From contig CANJPX010000008.1 in assembly GCA_947476185.1 (NCBI GenBank), positions 5,693 to 69,692 of the forward strand: a stretch of 64,000 bases of DNA, in the 5' to 3' direction. Each line of letters starts with the position of its first letter. The first letter of the stretch is position 1. Origin of the DNA: Bacteroidota bacterium. GTDB taxonomy: Bacteria > Bacteroidota > Bacteroidia > 2-12-FULL-35-15. The notes under the pieces are model-generated. The model was not told the DNA's origin. It was given only the letters and a program-made list of their open reading frames with translations, and did not search any database. The position numbers and the translations under genes are program-made. Shown piece by piece: positions 48,691-59,259 of the stretch.

Positions 48691-48701
48691 ATTGTATACG
48701 A

Positions 48702-49376
48702 CTATGACACACGGAATTTTAAATAACAGATCTTAAATCCCTTTTCAGAAAATAGCTTTTCGTAATAGGTTTTTATATTCGTCAATTCCTCATCACGCGG
48801 AGTTGTATCTTCATATAAATTATTCGTTGCATCCAGGATCTCCATATTATTTTCAAGAACAACTTCGCGGGAATAATCATAAAATGGTTCGTTATCCGTT
48901 TTCAGATTTATGACACCACCCATTTTTAATATTTTTTTATACCGGGTCAAAAACATCATATTGGTCAATCGATTTCGAACTCTTGTTTTCTGTGGCTGAG
49001 GATCAGGAAAGGTGATCCAAATTTCATCCACCTCATTATCTTCAAAACACTTATCGATAAAATCAATCCGAGTGCGGATAAATGCAACATTACTCATTTT
49101 ATTTTCAATGGCCGATTTGGCACCTGTCCAAATACGATTCCCCTTAATATCAACACCTATAAAATTTTTATCAGGATAACGTTTCGCCAAACCAAGAGTA
49201 TACTCTCCTTTGCCACATCCTAATTCTAAAACAATTGGATTTTCGTTCTTGAAATATTCTTTGTGCCACTTCCCTTTCATTTGAAATCCGCCATCCCTGG
49301 CTTGCTCAAATGACAAGAAGAAACAATTTTCGAAGGAAGAAACTTCAGCAAATTTTTTTAATTTTCGTTTAGCCAT
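48702..49376 (-). CDS. trmB: tRNA (guanine46-N7)-methyltransferase
   Basis: SAM-binding LELGCGKGEYTLGLAKRYPDKNFIGVDIK and overall TrmB architecture. Start moved to MAKRKLKKF, dropping the ORF-track N-terminal 30 aa. Confidence 0.85.
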   Translation of the reverse strand: MAKRKLKKFAEVSSFENCFFLSFEQARDGGFQMKGKWHKEYFKNENPIVLELGCGKGEYTLGLAKRYPDKNFIGVDIKGNRIWTGAKSAIENKMSNVAFIRTRIDFIDKCFEDNEVDEIWITFPDPQPQKTRVRNRLTNMMFLTRYKKILKMGGVINLKTDNEPFYDYSREVVLENNMEILDATNNLYEDTTPRDEELTNIKTYYEKLFSEKGFKICYLKFRVS

Positions 49377-49468
49377 AAATAGTATCGCAATTTTTTTCAA
49401 GAAGATCACAGAGACCTCAGAGAAAAAATTAATTAACTTTAACCATATTTTTACAAAAATAAGCATTA

Positions 49469-50560
49469 ATGCAAAAACAAAAGCGAATATTAATTTGCCC
49501 TTTGGATTGGGGATTAGGACATGCTACCCGCTGCATTCCAATTATTCGTTTATTAATAAAAAAAGGTGCTGAAGTTATTATCGCTACAGATGCCGGCCCG
49601 CTCGCGCTCTTGAGATCAGAATTCCCTAGGCTCAAATTCATCCAACTAAAAGGATATAATATTAAATATCCCAGAACAGGATCAATGGCATTTAGTATGT
49701 TATTATCGATTCCAAAAATTGTAAAAGGGATAAAAGAGGAGCAGCTACAATTGGATAAAATAATTGATGAACACAAGATAGATGTCGTGCTTTCCGATAA
49801 CCGTTATGGCTGCTGGAATAAAAAAGTAAAAAGCATTTTTATCACGCATCAGTTAATGATAAAAGCTCCAATTGCAGAAGGCTTTTTGCATAATAAAGTA
49901 TTAAAATATATTAGTAATTATGACGAGTGCTGGGTTCCAGATCTTGATGGATCGGAAAATTTATCAGGAGACCTTGCCCATAAATATCCTCTTCCAAAAA
50001 ATACATTTTTTATAGAACCATTATCGAGGTTTCATCTCTCCGCTGAGTTTATCAAAAGCGAAGTTGAGGAAGTTGAAACGACAAAAAAACAGGCTGTAAT
50101 GGCAATCATTTCAGGTCCTGAACCACAGCGGAGCATTTTTGAAAAATTAGTTATTGAGCAATTAAAATCATCGCCATTCAAAGCACTTGTTGTTAGAGGA
50201 AAAGCTGATCACGAAGAAAAAACAGAAACAATAAATAACATCACGATCGTTTCACATCTGAAAGCAAAAGAAATGCAGACCGCTATCGAGGATTCTGAAA
50301 TTATCCTTTCCAGAAGTGGCTATTCGACGATCATGGATCTGGCTTCCCTAGGTAAAAAAGCTATTTTTATTCCTACACCCGGACAAACAGAACAAGAATA
50401 TCTGGCGAAATTATGTATGGAAAATGGGGTTGCATTTTCACACGTTCAAACATCTTTTAATTTGAAAAATGCATTGGAAGCATCAAAAAAATATAAAGGC
50501 TTTAAGATCTTAGAAAACAAAAACGAATTAGAAAAGAGAATTGATCTGTTACTTATTTAG
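49469..50560 (+). CDS. GT-B fold glycosyltransferase (MurG/UDP-glycosyltransferase-like)
   Basis: N-terminal ILICPLDWGLGHATRCIPI acceptor-domain motif typical of the GT1/GT28 family. C-terminal nucleotide-sugar-binding half. Confidence 0.65.
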   Translation: MQKQKRILICPLDWGLGHATRCIPIIRLLIKKGAEVIIATDAGPLALLRSEFPRLKFIQLKGYNIKYPRTGSMAFSMLLSIPKIVKGIKEEQLQLDKIIDEHKIDVVLSDNRYGCWNKKVKSIFITHQLMIKAPIAEGFLHNKVLKYISNYDECWVPDLDGSENLSGDLAHKYPLPKNTFFIEPLSRFHLSAEFIKSEVEEVETTKKQAVMAIISGPEPQRSIFEKLVIEQLKSSPFKALVVRGKADHEEKTETINNITIVSHLKAKEMQTAIEDSEIILSRSGYSTIMDLASLGKKAIFIPTPGQTEQEYLAKLCMENGVAFSHVQTSFNLKNALEASKKYKGFKILENKNELEKRIDLLLI

Positions 50561-51565
50561 GTCCTTCAAATAAAGAGAACAGGTATCTGTGATCGCTTGG
50601 GAAAGAGGAATAAATTTATGATCAGGAAAAGCTTTCAATATTTTCTGATTGGAGAAACTACTTTTCCTGCCGGCAGATTGGGATGTTTCTTTGGTAATTA
50701 AAGGAGCTGTTCCCATAAAAAAGGCTCTCAACATTTCTGCTCTCCAGGCAAATCCTGTTAAAAATTTCCCTGCATTGATACTTGATTTTGGTTTTCCAAA
50801 AGCATCATGGATCAGATCAAAAAAATGACGGAAAGAGGCATTTTCAGAACATAATAAGAACCTCTGATTTTTATTATCACTTTCCATTAATTTTATCATC
50901 AAGGCTGCAACATCACGCACATCAACAAAACCGGTTGATCCAGCCGAATAGTATCTCAATCCTTCATACCCTTTAGAAAACATATTGGAACTGCTTTGCG
51001 TCCAATTACCACCACCAACGATCAAAGAAGGATTTACTATTACAACCTCTAAACCTTCTTCGGAGGCTCTCCAAACTTCGCGTTCAGCACCATATTTACT
51101 TACAGAATAATTAGAATTTTCGGGAGAAGATTTCCAAAATGTTTCCTCCGTTGTCAAACCGCCTCTTTCTGCTCTACCTAACGATGCGATCGAACTTACA
51201 TGACAAAACTTTTTGACACCCTTTTCCAAGGCTGCATTTACCATATTTGCAGTTCCCTCGATATTTATTTTCATCATTTCTGCCTCATTTTTCTTTTCAA
51301 AAGAAACCATTGCAGCACAATGATATACCTCAGTAATATCATTCATTGCATCCATCAATGAATAAACATCATATAGATCCGCATCGACCCATTCAATGTT
51401 TTTTAAAAGTGCATCAGCATCGGAAGTGTAATAGGAAAAAACTTTTTTTACATTCGACAAATTGCTCTTCTCACGTTTAATAACACGCACTTTTTTACCC
51501 GACCTTGTGAGGTCGTATAATAAATGTGTACCCACCAATCCCGTTCCACCTGTTACTAGAATCAT
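50549..51565 (-). CDS. NAD-dependent epimerase/dehydratase family (extended SDR)
   Basis: [15 protein letters not shown] Rossmann motif and a YxxxK catalytic dyad region (YSVSKYGAE). Confidence 0.8.
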   Translation of the reverse strand: MILVTGGTGLVGTHLLYDLTRSGKKVRVIKREKSNLSNVKKVFSYYTSDADALLKNIEWVDADLYDVYSLMDAMNDITEVYHCAAMVSFEKKNEAEMMKINIEGTANMVNAALEKGVKKFCHVSSIASLGRAERGGLTTEETFWKSSPENSNYSVSKYGAEREVWRASEEGLEVVIVNPSLIVGGGNWTQSSSNMFSKGYEGLRYYSAGSTGFVDVRDVAALMIKLMESDNKNQRFLLCSENASFRHFFDLIHDAFGKPKSSINAGKFLTGFAWRAEMLRAFFMGTAPLITKETSQSAGRKSSFSNQKILKAFPDHKFIPLSQAITDTCSLYLKDLNK

Positions 51566-51632
51566 GCTGCAAATTTACTCATTTAAATTAGACTGGATTT
51601 ATAGTATATTTGTTCTTTGTAAAAATTTAAAA

Positions 51633-52922
51633 ATGAAAAAGAATTTTGTTGAAGAACTAAAGTGGCGGGGTATGCTTCAGGATATTATGCCCGGAACAGA
51701 AGATCTGTTGAATAAAGAGATGGTAACAGGGTATATAGGTTTTGACCCAACCTCCGACTCATTAGGCATCGGGAATATGGTACAAATAATGACCCTTTTG
51801 CATTTTCAACAAGCAGGACATAAACCTATCGCATTGGTTGGTGGTGCTACAGGTATGGTTGGTGACCCCTCCGGAAAATCTGCGGAACGTAATTTATTGG
51901 ATGAAACAACTTTGAATCACAACATTATATGCCAGAAAAAACAATTAGAGAAATTTTTAGATTTTAACTGTGGTGCAAATGCTGCAGAAATAGTAAATAA
52001 TTACGATTGGTTCAAAGGATTCAGCTTTTTAGAATTTATCAGAGATGTAGGAAAGCACATTTCTGTGAATTATATGATGGCAAAAGATTCTGTCAAGAAT
52101 CGCCTTGAAAATGGAATGAGCTTTACAGAATTCAGTTACCAACTGGTGCAGGGATACGATTTCTATTATTTATGGAAAAATAAAGGGATCAAACTTCAGA
52201 TGGGCGGCTCAGACCAATGGGGAAATATTGTTACCGGAACCGAATTGATCAGAAGAAAAGCAAGCGGAGAAGCGTTTGCAATCACTACTCCACTGATCAA
52301 AAAAGCAGACGGAACAAAATTTGGAAAAACAGAGGGTGGAAATGTTTGGTTGGACCGAGCTAAAACTTCCCCTTACAAATTTTATCAATTTTGGCTGAAT
52401 GCAAGTGATGATGACGCCAAAACCTATATTCGCATTTTCACTTTATTTACAAAAGAAGAAATTGAAAAATTAGAAGCAGAGCACACTGCGGCTCCACATC
52501 TTCGTGCCTTACAAAAAGCTTTGGCGAAGGATATTACAATACGTGTACATTCCGAAGATGATTATAAAAATGCAATTGCTGCTTCTGAAATATTTTTTGG
52601 GAAAGGAACATTGGAAGATTTAAAAACGGTTTCCTCAATGGCTGATTTCCATGATATAATGATTGATGTACCAACTTTTAATGTTGGTAAAAATGATATT
52701 ATTAATAGGATAAACGTTATAGAACTTCTTGCCGAAAAAACAAAAGTATTCTCTTCTAAAAATGAAGCGAAAAAATTAATCCAAGGAGGAGGATTATCTA
52801 TAAATATGAGCAAAGTATTGGATGTTGAAATGCTAATTGACACAACATTTTTATTACCAAATGATTACATCTTAATTAGAAAAGGCAAAAAGGAATATAT
52901 AAAACTAAATGTACAATCTTAA
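51633..52922 (+). CDS. tyrS: tyrosine--tRNA ligase
   Basis: Start moved to MKKNFVEEL. Class I TyrS motifs [13 protein letters not shown] (HIGH-region variant) and KFGKT (KMSKS). C-terminal S4 domain. Confidence 0.9.
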   Translation: MKKNFVEELKWRGMLQDIMPGTEDLLNKEMVTGYIGFDPTSDSLGIGNMVQIMTLLHFQQAGHKPIALVGGATGMVGDPSGKSAERNLLDETTLNHNIICQKKQLEKFLDFNCGANAAEIVNNYDWFKGFSFLEFIRDVGKHISVNYMMAKDSVKNRLENGMSFTEFSYQLVQGYDFYYLWKNKGIKLQMGGSDQWGNIVTGTELIRRKASGEAFAITTPLIKKADGTKFGKTEGGNVWLDRAKTSPYKFYQFWLNASDDDAKTYIRIFTLFTKEEIEKLEAEHTAAPHLRALQKALAKDITIRVHSEDDYKNAIAASEIFFGKGTLEDLKTVSSMADFHDIMIDVPTFNVGKNDIINRINVIELLAEKTKVFSSKNEAKKLIQGGGLSINMSKVLDVEMLIDTTFLLPNDYILIRKGKKEYIKLNVQS

Positions 52923-52976
52923 CGTTCCACAGCTTTTATAGTCCAATTTAGCTTTTTTAGCGATGTTCTTTTAGGT

Positions 52977-53055
52977 GTCGTCATTGCGAGGAACGAAGCA
53001 ATCTATAAATAATGCTTTCCCGATGAGATTGCTTCGTTCCTCGCAATGACGTCAT
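52977..53055. repeat. perfect 24-bp inverted repeat (GTCATTGCGAGGAACGAAGCAATC / GATTGCTTCGTTCCTCGCAATGAC) with 23-bp loop
   Basis: Arms at 52981-53004 and 53028-53051, read directly. This is a Bacteroidota repeat family known to flank small GIY-YIG genes. Confidence 0.75.
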
Positions 53056-53124
53056 CAACGAAACCATTTTTAGAAACTGAAAGTCGTGCACTGAATTGCA
53101 TAGTTTCAAAAACGAACTGAAACA

Positions 53125-53424
53125 ATGAAACGAGGGGGCGCTGTATACATTCTAACAAATTTTGCAAAAACAACTCTTTATGTTGGAGTTACATCTAATT
53201 TAAAGAAACGAGTGTGGGAACATAAAAATTTCATTTTTCCTGAATCATTTACATCAAAATTTAAACTTACTTATTTAGTTTACTATGAAGGATTTCACAG
53301 GATTGAAGATGCTATTGGCAGAGAAAAACAAATCAAAGGAGGTTCAAGAAAACAAAAAGAAGATTTAATAAATTCTATAAATTCAGATTGGAAAGATTTA
53401 TACAATTGTATATTAGAATGGTGA
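53125..53424 (+). CDS. GIY-YIG nuclease-family protein (YhbQ/UPF0213-like)
   Basis: VYILTN ... LYVGVTSNLKKRVWEH ... GREKQIKG: GIY and YIG motifs with the conserved Arg and Glu. 99 aa. Confidence 0.8.
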   Translation: MKRGGAVYILTNFAKTTLYVGVTSNLKKRVWEHKNFIFPESFTSKFKLTYLVYYEGFHRIEDAIGREKQIKGGSRKQKEDLINSINSDWKDLYNCILEW

Positions 53425-53435
53425 AAATTATTGCG

Positions 53436-53468
53436 AAAGACTGCTTCGTTCCTCGCAATGACGTCACT
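53436..53468. repeat. truncated copy of the same palindromic element downstream of the GIY-YIG gene
   Basis: ATTGCGAAAGACTGCTTCGTTCCTCGCAATGACGTCAC: the right arm is intact and the left arm is reduced to ATTGCGA. Confidence 0.55.
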
Positions 53469-53504
53469 AATACTATTTTTTTTGATTTTAATTAATTAAA
53501 TAAT

Positions 53505-54569
53505 CTACTGCACCAATAAATTACAGCCACGGATATCACTATTATCAAATCGTCCGAGAATTTCGAATGAATTATCGGAATGAACTTTCCCAAGATCTTG
53601 CGTGGCAATAAAGGAACAGGAATTAATATTTGCCAGATCGATCACATTTATTCCTCCCGTTTTATTTGGAGGTAAAAATGAAAACGGATCATTTGTATCC
53701 CGGATACGTATTTTCATCCATGGCGGACAATTAAATACTCCATTTCCGCTTGAGTAAGCTTGTGATAATAATTCGGTCATTCCATATTCACTGTGAATCG
53801 AATCCACACCCAATCCTTTGCACAGGATAGCATGTAACTCTTCCCTTACCATTTCTTTCCGTTTCCCTTTCATACCACCTGTTTCCATCACAATGAGGTT
53901 TTTTAAATTCTCCTCGTCGCTTTTATAAATTAAAGATTTTTCTGCCAGATCCAACAAGGCGTATGTGACACCAATTAAAATAGTTTTTTGTCCGCTTTCC
54001 AACAATGCTTTTAATTTTAAGGTCAATTCATCATAATTATTCAGATAAAAACCGCTATCCGCATTTTTCGACCGTTTGATCAGATCTTCTGCCATATATA
54101 TTAATGACGAACCTTCTCGTTCCAGATAAGAAGGCAGCAAAGCCAGGATGCAGTACTCTTCAATATTTCCGTAAAATAATTCGAAACCTTTCAAATAACT
54201 TTTTTCATAAACTGAAACATCTGAAACAAAATGTTTGCTTTGGATACTTCCTGTTGTTCCGCTACTAGTAAACAGGATCGGGTTTAGGGTTTTTCCATCC
54301 GATTTGCATTGAACCTGATGACTTTTAAAAAATTCTATAGGCAAAAATGGAATTTGTCCGATTTCTGTGATATTATCGGGGTCCTGTCCCAATACCTCAA
54401 TATACTTGCGATACACCACGTTTGCAACCGATTGGTACTTAAAAACTGACAATGCCAGCTCCCGGAATGCAGGCTCAGAATTTATCTTAAAAACACTATC
54501 AATTAAAGGTTTCAAATGGGAAAATATAATAATTAAGACGATAAAGCGTTTTGCTATTGCTTTGAGCAA
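53505..54569 (-). CDS. LuxE-like acyl-protein synthetase / adenylate-forming enzyme family
   Basis: FTSSGTTGSIQSKH adenylation motif and overall similarity to the LuxE/PaaK-type fold. The N-terminal 25 aa of the ORF-track call may be 5' extension. Confidence 0.55.
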   Translation of the reverse strand: MLKAIAKRFIVLIIIFSHLKPLIDSVFKINSEPAFRELALSVFKYQSVANVVYRKYIEVLGQDPDNITEIGQIPFLPIEFFKSHQVQCKSDGKTLNPILFTSSGTTGSIQSKHFVSDVSVYEKSYLKGFELFYGNIEEYCILALLPSYLEREGSSLIYMAEDLIKRSKNADSGFYLNNYDELTLKLKALLESGQKTILIGVTYALLDLAEKSLIYKSDEENLKNLIVMETGGMKGKRKEMVREELHAILCKGLGVDSIHSEYGMTELLSQAYSSGNGVFNCPPWMKIRIRDTNDPFSFLPPNKTGGINVIDLANINSCSFIATQDLGKVHSDNSFEILGRFDNSDIRGCNLLVQ

Positions 54570-54603
54570 AAATAATTATTAATTTTATGTATCGATTAAA
54601 AAA

Positions 54604-55104
54604 ATGAAGAACCTAAAATACATAGCTATTTCCATAGTGCTGAGTTCAGTTATTTTGTCCTCTTGTGTAAAGGAAAAAAATTTCCCTTCCACCCCATCGA
54701 TAGAATTTCTATACTATTCCGCATACAGCAATGATTCTGCCGATTGTGTTATCTCATTTAAGGACGGAGATGGAGATATCGGAATTTTGCCCGAAGATTC
54801 TTCTTCTCCAAATGATTTCAGATTAAAATACCTGTATAAAGACCTGACTGACGGTACCTTCAAACCTTTTGACGAATTCCCGGGAACACCTGCAATGGAT
54901 ACTTTAATTTATTCTTATAGAGTTCCGAACTTGACACCGGATGGGCAATATAAAGCATTGGATGGAGAAATAAGAGCCAAACTAAGGGCAGCGCCTATCT
55001 ATTACCCCTTGCATACGATCGTGAAATTTGAAATAAAATTACGTGACAGGGCGGGACATTGGAGCAATACAGTTACCACAAATGAAATAACAGTAACTCC
55101 GTAA
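54604..55104 (+). CDS. hypothetical lipoprotein
   Basis: Lipobox VILSSC. No known domain. Confidence 0.5.
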   Translation: MKNLKYIAISIVLSSVILSSCVKEKNFPSTPSIEFLYYSAYSNDSADCVISFKDGDGDIGILPEDSSSPNDFRLKYLYKDLTDGTFKPFDEFPGTPAMDTLIYSYRVPNLTPDGQYKALDGEIRAKLRAAPIYYPLHTIVKFEIKLRDRAGHWSNTVTTNEITVTP

Positions 55105-55117
55105 AAATATCTTAAAA

Positions 55118-55150
55118 AAACGGGTGCAATAATAATTGCACCCGTTTTTT
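55118..55150. terminator. bidirectional rho-independent terminator
   Basis: AAAAAAA-CGGGTGCAAT-AATA-ATTGCACCCG-TTTTTTTT between convergent genes. Confidence 0.7.
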
Positions 55151-55166
55151 TTAAGATCAATAATTT

Positions 55167-56819
55167 CTATAGAAACAAGCTAAATATCCAATAGAAAAGA
55201 GCTCCTAATAACCCACTGATAGGAATCGTAAGTATCCAGGCCCATAATAAGCTAACCGTTATTCCCCACTTTACAGCACCAATCCCTTTAGTAACTCCAA
55301 CACCAATAATTGCTCCTGTAATTGTATGAGTAGTTGAAACAGGAATTCCCATTTGCTCTGTCAAAAACAAGGTTGTTGCTCCGGCAGTTTCAGCACAAAC
55401 ACCTTCCAACGGAGTAACCTTAGTAATTTTTGTTCCCATTGTTTTCACAATTTTCCATCCACCACTAAGAGTTCCAAGACCAATTGCTACATAACAAGAC
55501 AGCGGCACCCAATCCGGCATAGATTTTATATCTACGATACTTCCATTTGCAACCAATGCTGCTGCAATAATACCCATTACTTTTTGTGCATCATTTCCAC
55601 CGTGCCCTATACTGAAAGCTGCGGAGGAAAGTAGTTGAGAACGTTTAAATGAATTTGAAGTTCTTGTTGCAGTAGGTGTTTTAATTTTCTCATTATAAAT
55701 AAACATAAAAGCAAAAATACACAAAGCGCCAACCAGTCCCCAACGAACAATCTTATTGTCTGCCTTATCCAACTCTTTTATTAAATCAGCTTTTATATCA
55801 ATTTTCATTGCCTTTTTAAAATCCTTAATTTTATCGGGGCTAAATGGATATTTTGCATTCATAGCATCAACTAATCCTTCAGGTCCAAGTTCAAAATACT
55901 TTTTAGTAATTGGCTTTAAGCTATCAATAATTGCCTGTGTTGCGAGGTATTCTTCCTTTAAAGTTGGGTCAATTTTAGATCTGTTTTTTAGTTGATCAAT
56001 TTTAAAATATGTTTTTAATTTATCCCCCAATTTACTTATGGTGATCTCCTTTAGATCAACATTTTTTGAAATATCATTTGCAACATATTCAGAACCGAGG
56101 TATTCATAATTAGAGAGATATGGAACACATAATGCGGCGCTTTCCTTTGCTTTTAAAAGTTTTTTAAATTGTGTAGAATCATGTTTAATATTAACCTCAT
56201 AGGAGTATTTGTCTACTTTAAAAAACTTGTTTACACTCTCAGACAATTTATTCTCTTGAAATCCAATGAATAAATAAAATAATGTCCCTGCAGCGGAAAG
56301 CAAAATTCCAACTTTTAACCATGTCCTATTCTGAATAAAAATAAGCGTAAAGAAAATCGAGATTGCCATACCAATTAGTGGGGCAAGGAGTATAAACATC
56401 AATGTCTTTCCTATTTTATCACTATCGATAATTTCACTAATTGGCATCATTCCCTTACTCAAAAAGGCATATGCAATTGCTGAACCGGCAAATCCTCCAA
56501 TCAGAGTATGTGAAGATGATGAAGGAATACCATACCACCATGTGAGTAAATTCCAGATAATTGCAGCAATTAATCCGCTGCAGATAACCGGTAACGAAAT
56601 AAAATCGGCATAAACTGTTTTTCCAATTGTATTTGCAACAGCATGATCCTTAAAAATCAGGAAGGCAACACAATTAAAAAATGCCGCCCATAAAACTGCC
56701 TGAAATGGTGTTAACACCTTAGTTGAAACAATTGTTGCAATTGAATTTGCGGCATCATGAAAACCGTTAATAAAATCGAATATAAGGGCAAGCGCTATAA
56801 CTATAACAAGTAAACTCAT
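55167..56819 (-). CDS. inorganic phosphate transporter, PiT (PHO4) family, with large central hydrophilic loop
   Basis: GFHDAANSIATIVSTKVL and second-half GGNDAQKVMGII signature repeats. Loop of about 180 aa between the two halves. Confidence 0.9.
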   Translation of the reverse strand: MSLLVIVIALALIFDFINGFHDAANSIATIVSTKVLTPFQAVLWAAFFNCVAFLIFKDHAVANTIGKTVYADFISLPVICSGLIAAIIWNLLTWWYGIPSSSSHTLIGGFAGSAIAYAFLSKGMMPISEIIDSDKIGKTLMFILLAPLIGMAISIFFTLIFIQNRTWLKVGILLSAAGTLFYLFIGFQENKLSESVNKFFKVDKYSYEVNIKHDSTQFKKLLKAKESAALCVPYLSNYEYLGSEYVANDISKNVDLKEITISKLGDKLKTYFKIDQLKNRSKIDPTLKEEYLATQAIIDSLKPITKKYFELGPEGLVDAMNAKYPFSPDKIKDFKKAMKIDIKADLIKELDKADNKIVRWGLVGALCIFAFMFIYNEKIKTPTATRTSNSFKRSQLLSSAAFSIGHGGNDAQKVMGIIAAALVANGSIVDIKSMPDWVPLSCYVAIGLGTLSGGWKIVKTMGTKITKVTPLEGVCAETAGATTLFLTEQMGIPVSTTHTITGAIIGVGVTKGIGAVKWGITVSLLWAWILTIPISGLLGALFYWIFSLFL

Positions 56820-56862
56820 TGTATAATAATTTTAGGAATAAAAAAATTTAAAGATCAAATTT

Positions 56863-57507
56863 CTAAGCGTTTTTGATTAAAATAGAATTAATCACGTCTG
56901 CTGCATCTTCACACTTATCTGTTGCTGTTTCCAACATTGAAAGAACATCTTTCATTTTAATAACCTCAACAGCATTTTTTTCTTCTTCAAATAGTTTAGC
57001 AATTGCCATGTCAAAAATATCATCCGCATGATTTTCAATGCTATTTATTCTTACAGTAGCTTCTTTTATTTTAGTAATATTTTTAAGGTTTCGCAATTCA
57101 ATTATAGCAACTTCCAATTCTTCAGCACCTTTTTGGATCAATTCTGCTAATTTGACAATTGCAGGAGTCATTTCCTCCACTTTATATAATTCCATTCTTT
57201 TAGATGCACCGTGAATAAAATCTACGATATCATCTACAGCGGAAACTAAATTATGAATATCATCACGATCAAAGGGTGTAATAAAATTCAAACTCAATTG
57301 ATTAAATGTTTCATGAGTAATTCCATCACCAACGTGCTCTAATCTTTCTATCTCACGATAAAGTTCTTTTCTTCTTTCTATAGAAGATGTTGTTACCAAC
57401 TCTACCATTACTTTAGAAGTAACCACGGCATTAGCTGCCGCTTTTTGAAAAAGAAGAAAGAAAATTTTATCTTTTGGCTGGAAAAATTGAAAAATGTTTA
57501 AGTTCAT
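56863..57507 (-). CDS. DUF47-family (PhoU-like) Pit accessory protein
   Basis: Helical-bundle protein of the TIGR00153/DUF47 type immediately upstream of the PiT gene. Confidence 0.75.
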   Translation of the reverse strand: MNLNIFQFFQPKDKIFFLLFQKAAANAVVTSKVMVELVTTSSIERRKELYREIERLEHVGDGITHETFNQLSLNFITPFDRDDIHNLVSAVDDIVDFIHGASKRMELYKVEEMTPAIVKLAELIQKGAEELEVAIIELRNLKNITKIKEATVRINSIENHADDIFDMAIAKLFEEEKNAVEVIKMKDVLSMLETATDKCEDAADVINSILIKNA

Positions 57508-57593
57508 TTTATTTAGATTTAAGAAGTTTCTATGTTAACTTAAGATTAACACAAATGTAGAAGTGAAATTAGTGTCGCACTTGCAACTTTAAT

Positions 57594-57619
57594 TAACATT
57601 AGGTTAACCTAATGTTAAG
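57594..57619. promoter_or_regulatory. perfect 26-bp palindrome TTAACATTAGGTTAACCTAATGTTAA in the pit/DUF47 promoter region; candidate operator
   Basis: Read directly. Additional GTTAAC / ATTAACA copies lie at 57555-57575. The motif family recurs upstream of pstS and the porin. Confidence 0.4.
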
Positions 57620-57670
57620 TTAATGTTACCCAAAAATGCAAGTCGCTTACAATCAAATACATAAAAAAAA

Positions 57671-57710
57671 AGACCTTTTCAAATTAATGAAAAGGTCCAA
57701 ATTTTTTTTC
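57671..57710. terminator. rho-independent terminator after phoU (bidirectional)
   Basis: AAAAAAAAA-GACCTTTTC-AAATTAAT-GAAAAGGTC-CAAATTTTTTTT. Confidence 0.65.
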
Positions 57711-57723
57711 CTTGAATGGTCTA

Positions 57724-58398
57724 TTATTTATTTTTCTCGACCTTAGATCGATGTCTTAATACTTTAGCTTCAATATAAAAAATAATTTCTTCGGCCATAT
57801 TTTTTGCCTGATCTCCTACCCTTTCCAATTTTCTGATGATGGACAAAAGGTATAATGTTGCATCAATATTATCAGGATGATTTCTGATATAATCGGCAAT
57901 GATAGAGTTTGCTTTAATATTTATATCGTCTAATAATTCATCCTGTTGAAAAACTTTGCGTGCAATAGAAGTATCTTCTTTATCAAAAGCCTCCAAAACA
58001 GTTTCCATCATGTTATTTGCTGCGGCAAACATTTCAACAACCCTGGTGATCTCAAGCAATTTAGTGTCAAAATTACTATCCACGTTCAAAACAAATTTTG
58101 CTATTCCTTCTACATAATCGCCAATACGCTCCAAATTATTATTGATCTTCAATACAGCCAAAACAAATCTAAGATCAACTGCTAAGGGATTAAAAAGAGC
58201 AAAAATATTTTCACAGTCTCTGTCCAGTTTCAGCTCATACGCATTTACACGTCTTTCACTTAAGATCACTTCACGCGCCAGATCTTTGTCAAGATTTAAT
58301 AGCGATTCTTTGCCTTTTGTCAGCTGCAAATTTACCAGCAACCACATTTTCATGGTTTCTGCTTTTAATTGTTGCAATTCAATGTCGAGGTGATTCAT
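57724..58398 (-). CDS. phoU: phosphate signaling complex protein PhoU
   Basis: Two PhoU repeats with conserved D/E-x-x-x-D metal motifs (ERIGDYVEGIA ... ERVGDQAKNMAEEI). Confidence 0.85.
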   Translation of the reverse strand: MNHLDIELQQLKAETMKMWLLVNLQLTKGKESLLNLDKDLAREVILSERRVNAYELKLDRDCENIFALFNPLAVDLRFVLAVLKINNNLERIGDYVEGIAKFVLNVDSNFDTKLLEITRVVEMFAAANNMMETVLEAFDKEDTSIARKVFQQDELLDDINIKANSIIADYIRNHPDNIDATLYLLSIIRKLERVGDQAKNMAEEIIFYIEAKVLRHRSKVEKNK

Positions 58399-58504
58399 CT
58401 TAATTTGAAAATTTGAAAATGTGTTTATTTGTAAATGGAATGCGTGTCATTTTAATATTAAATATACTCTTTCCTGATTCTTAAGTCTGATCTAGTGATC
58501 CTGA

Positions 58505-59257
58505 TTAACCGAATCTTCCGGTAATATAATTTTGGGTGCGTTCAATTTTCGGATTTGTAAAAATAGTTTTTGTAGTATCGTGTTCGATCAATTCTCCCAT
58601 ATAAAAAAACGCAGTTGTATCACTCACACGCCCTGCTTGTTGCATATTATGCGTTACAATAACGATCGTATATTTTGTTTTTAATTCATAGATCAACTCT
58701 TCTACTTTAGCTGTAGAGATAGGATCCAAGGCTGAAGTGGGCTCATCCATCAAAACAACAGAAGGTTGAATTGCCAATGCCCGAGCAATACATAAACGTT
58801 GCTGCTGTCCTCCAGAAAGTTCAAAAGCGGATTTTTTTAATTTATCTTTTACTTCATCCCACAGTACCACTTGTTTGATCGTTGTTTCAACCCGTTCTTC
58901 AATCAACTTTTTATCAGTGATGCCGTTTACACGCAAACCGTATGCAACGTTTTCAAAAATGGTTTTAGGAAAAGGATTCGGTTTTTGAAAAACCATTCCC
59001 ACTTTCTTTCTAAGGCTATCCACATTTACTCCTTTGGCATAAATATCTTCTCCGTCGATCAATACTTGTCCTGCAATTTTTGTATTATCGATCAGGTCAT
59101 TCATTCTGTTGAATAATCTCAGATAAGTGGACTTACCACAACCTGAAGGACCAATTAAAGCGGTAACTGTATTTGGTTTAATGGCAATGTTAATATTTTT
59201 CAATGCTTGAGATGCACCATAAAAAAAATCAACATTTTTTGATTCTATCTTATACAT
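58505..59257 (-). CDS. pstB: phosphate ABC transporter ATP-binding protein
   Basis: Walker [10 protein letters not shown], signature [14 protein letters not shown], Walker [13 protein letters not shown]. Confidence 0.9.
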   Translation of the reverse strand: MYKIESKNVDFFYGASQALKNINIAIKPNTVTALIGPSGCGKSTYLRLFNRMNDLIDNTKIAGQVLIDGEDIYAKGVNVDSLRKKVGMVFQKPNPFPKTIFENVAYGLRVNGITDKKLIEERVETTIKQVVLWDEVKDKLKKSAFELSGGQQQRLCIARALAIQPSVVLMDEPTSALDPISTAKVEELIYELKTKYTIVIVTHNMQQAGRVSDTTAFFYMGELIEHDTTKTIFTNPKIERTQNYITGRFG

Positions 59258-59259
59258 GT

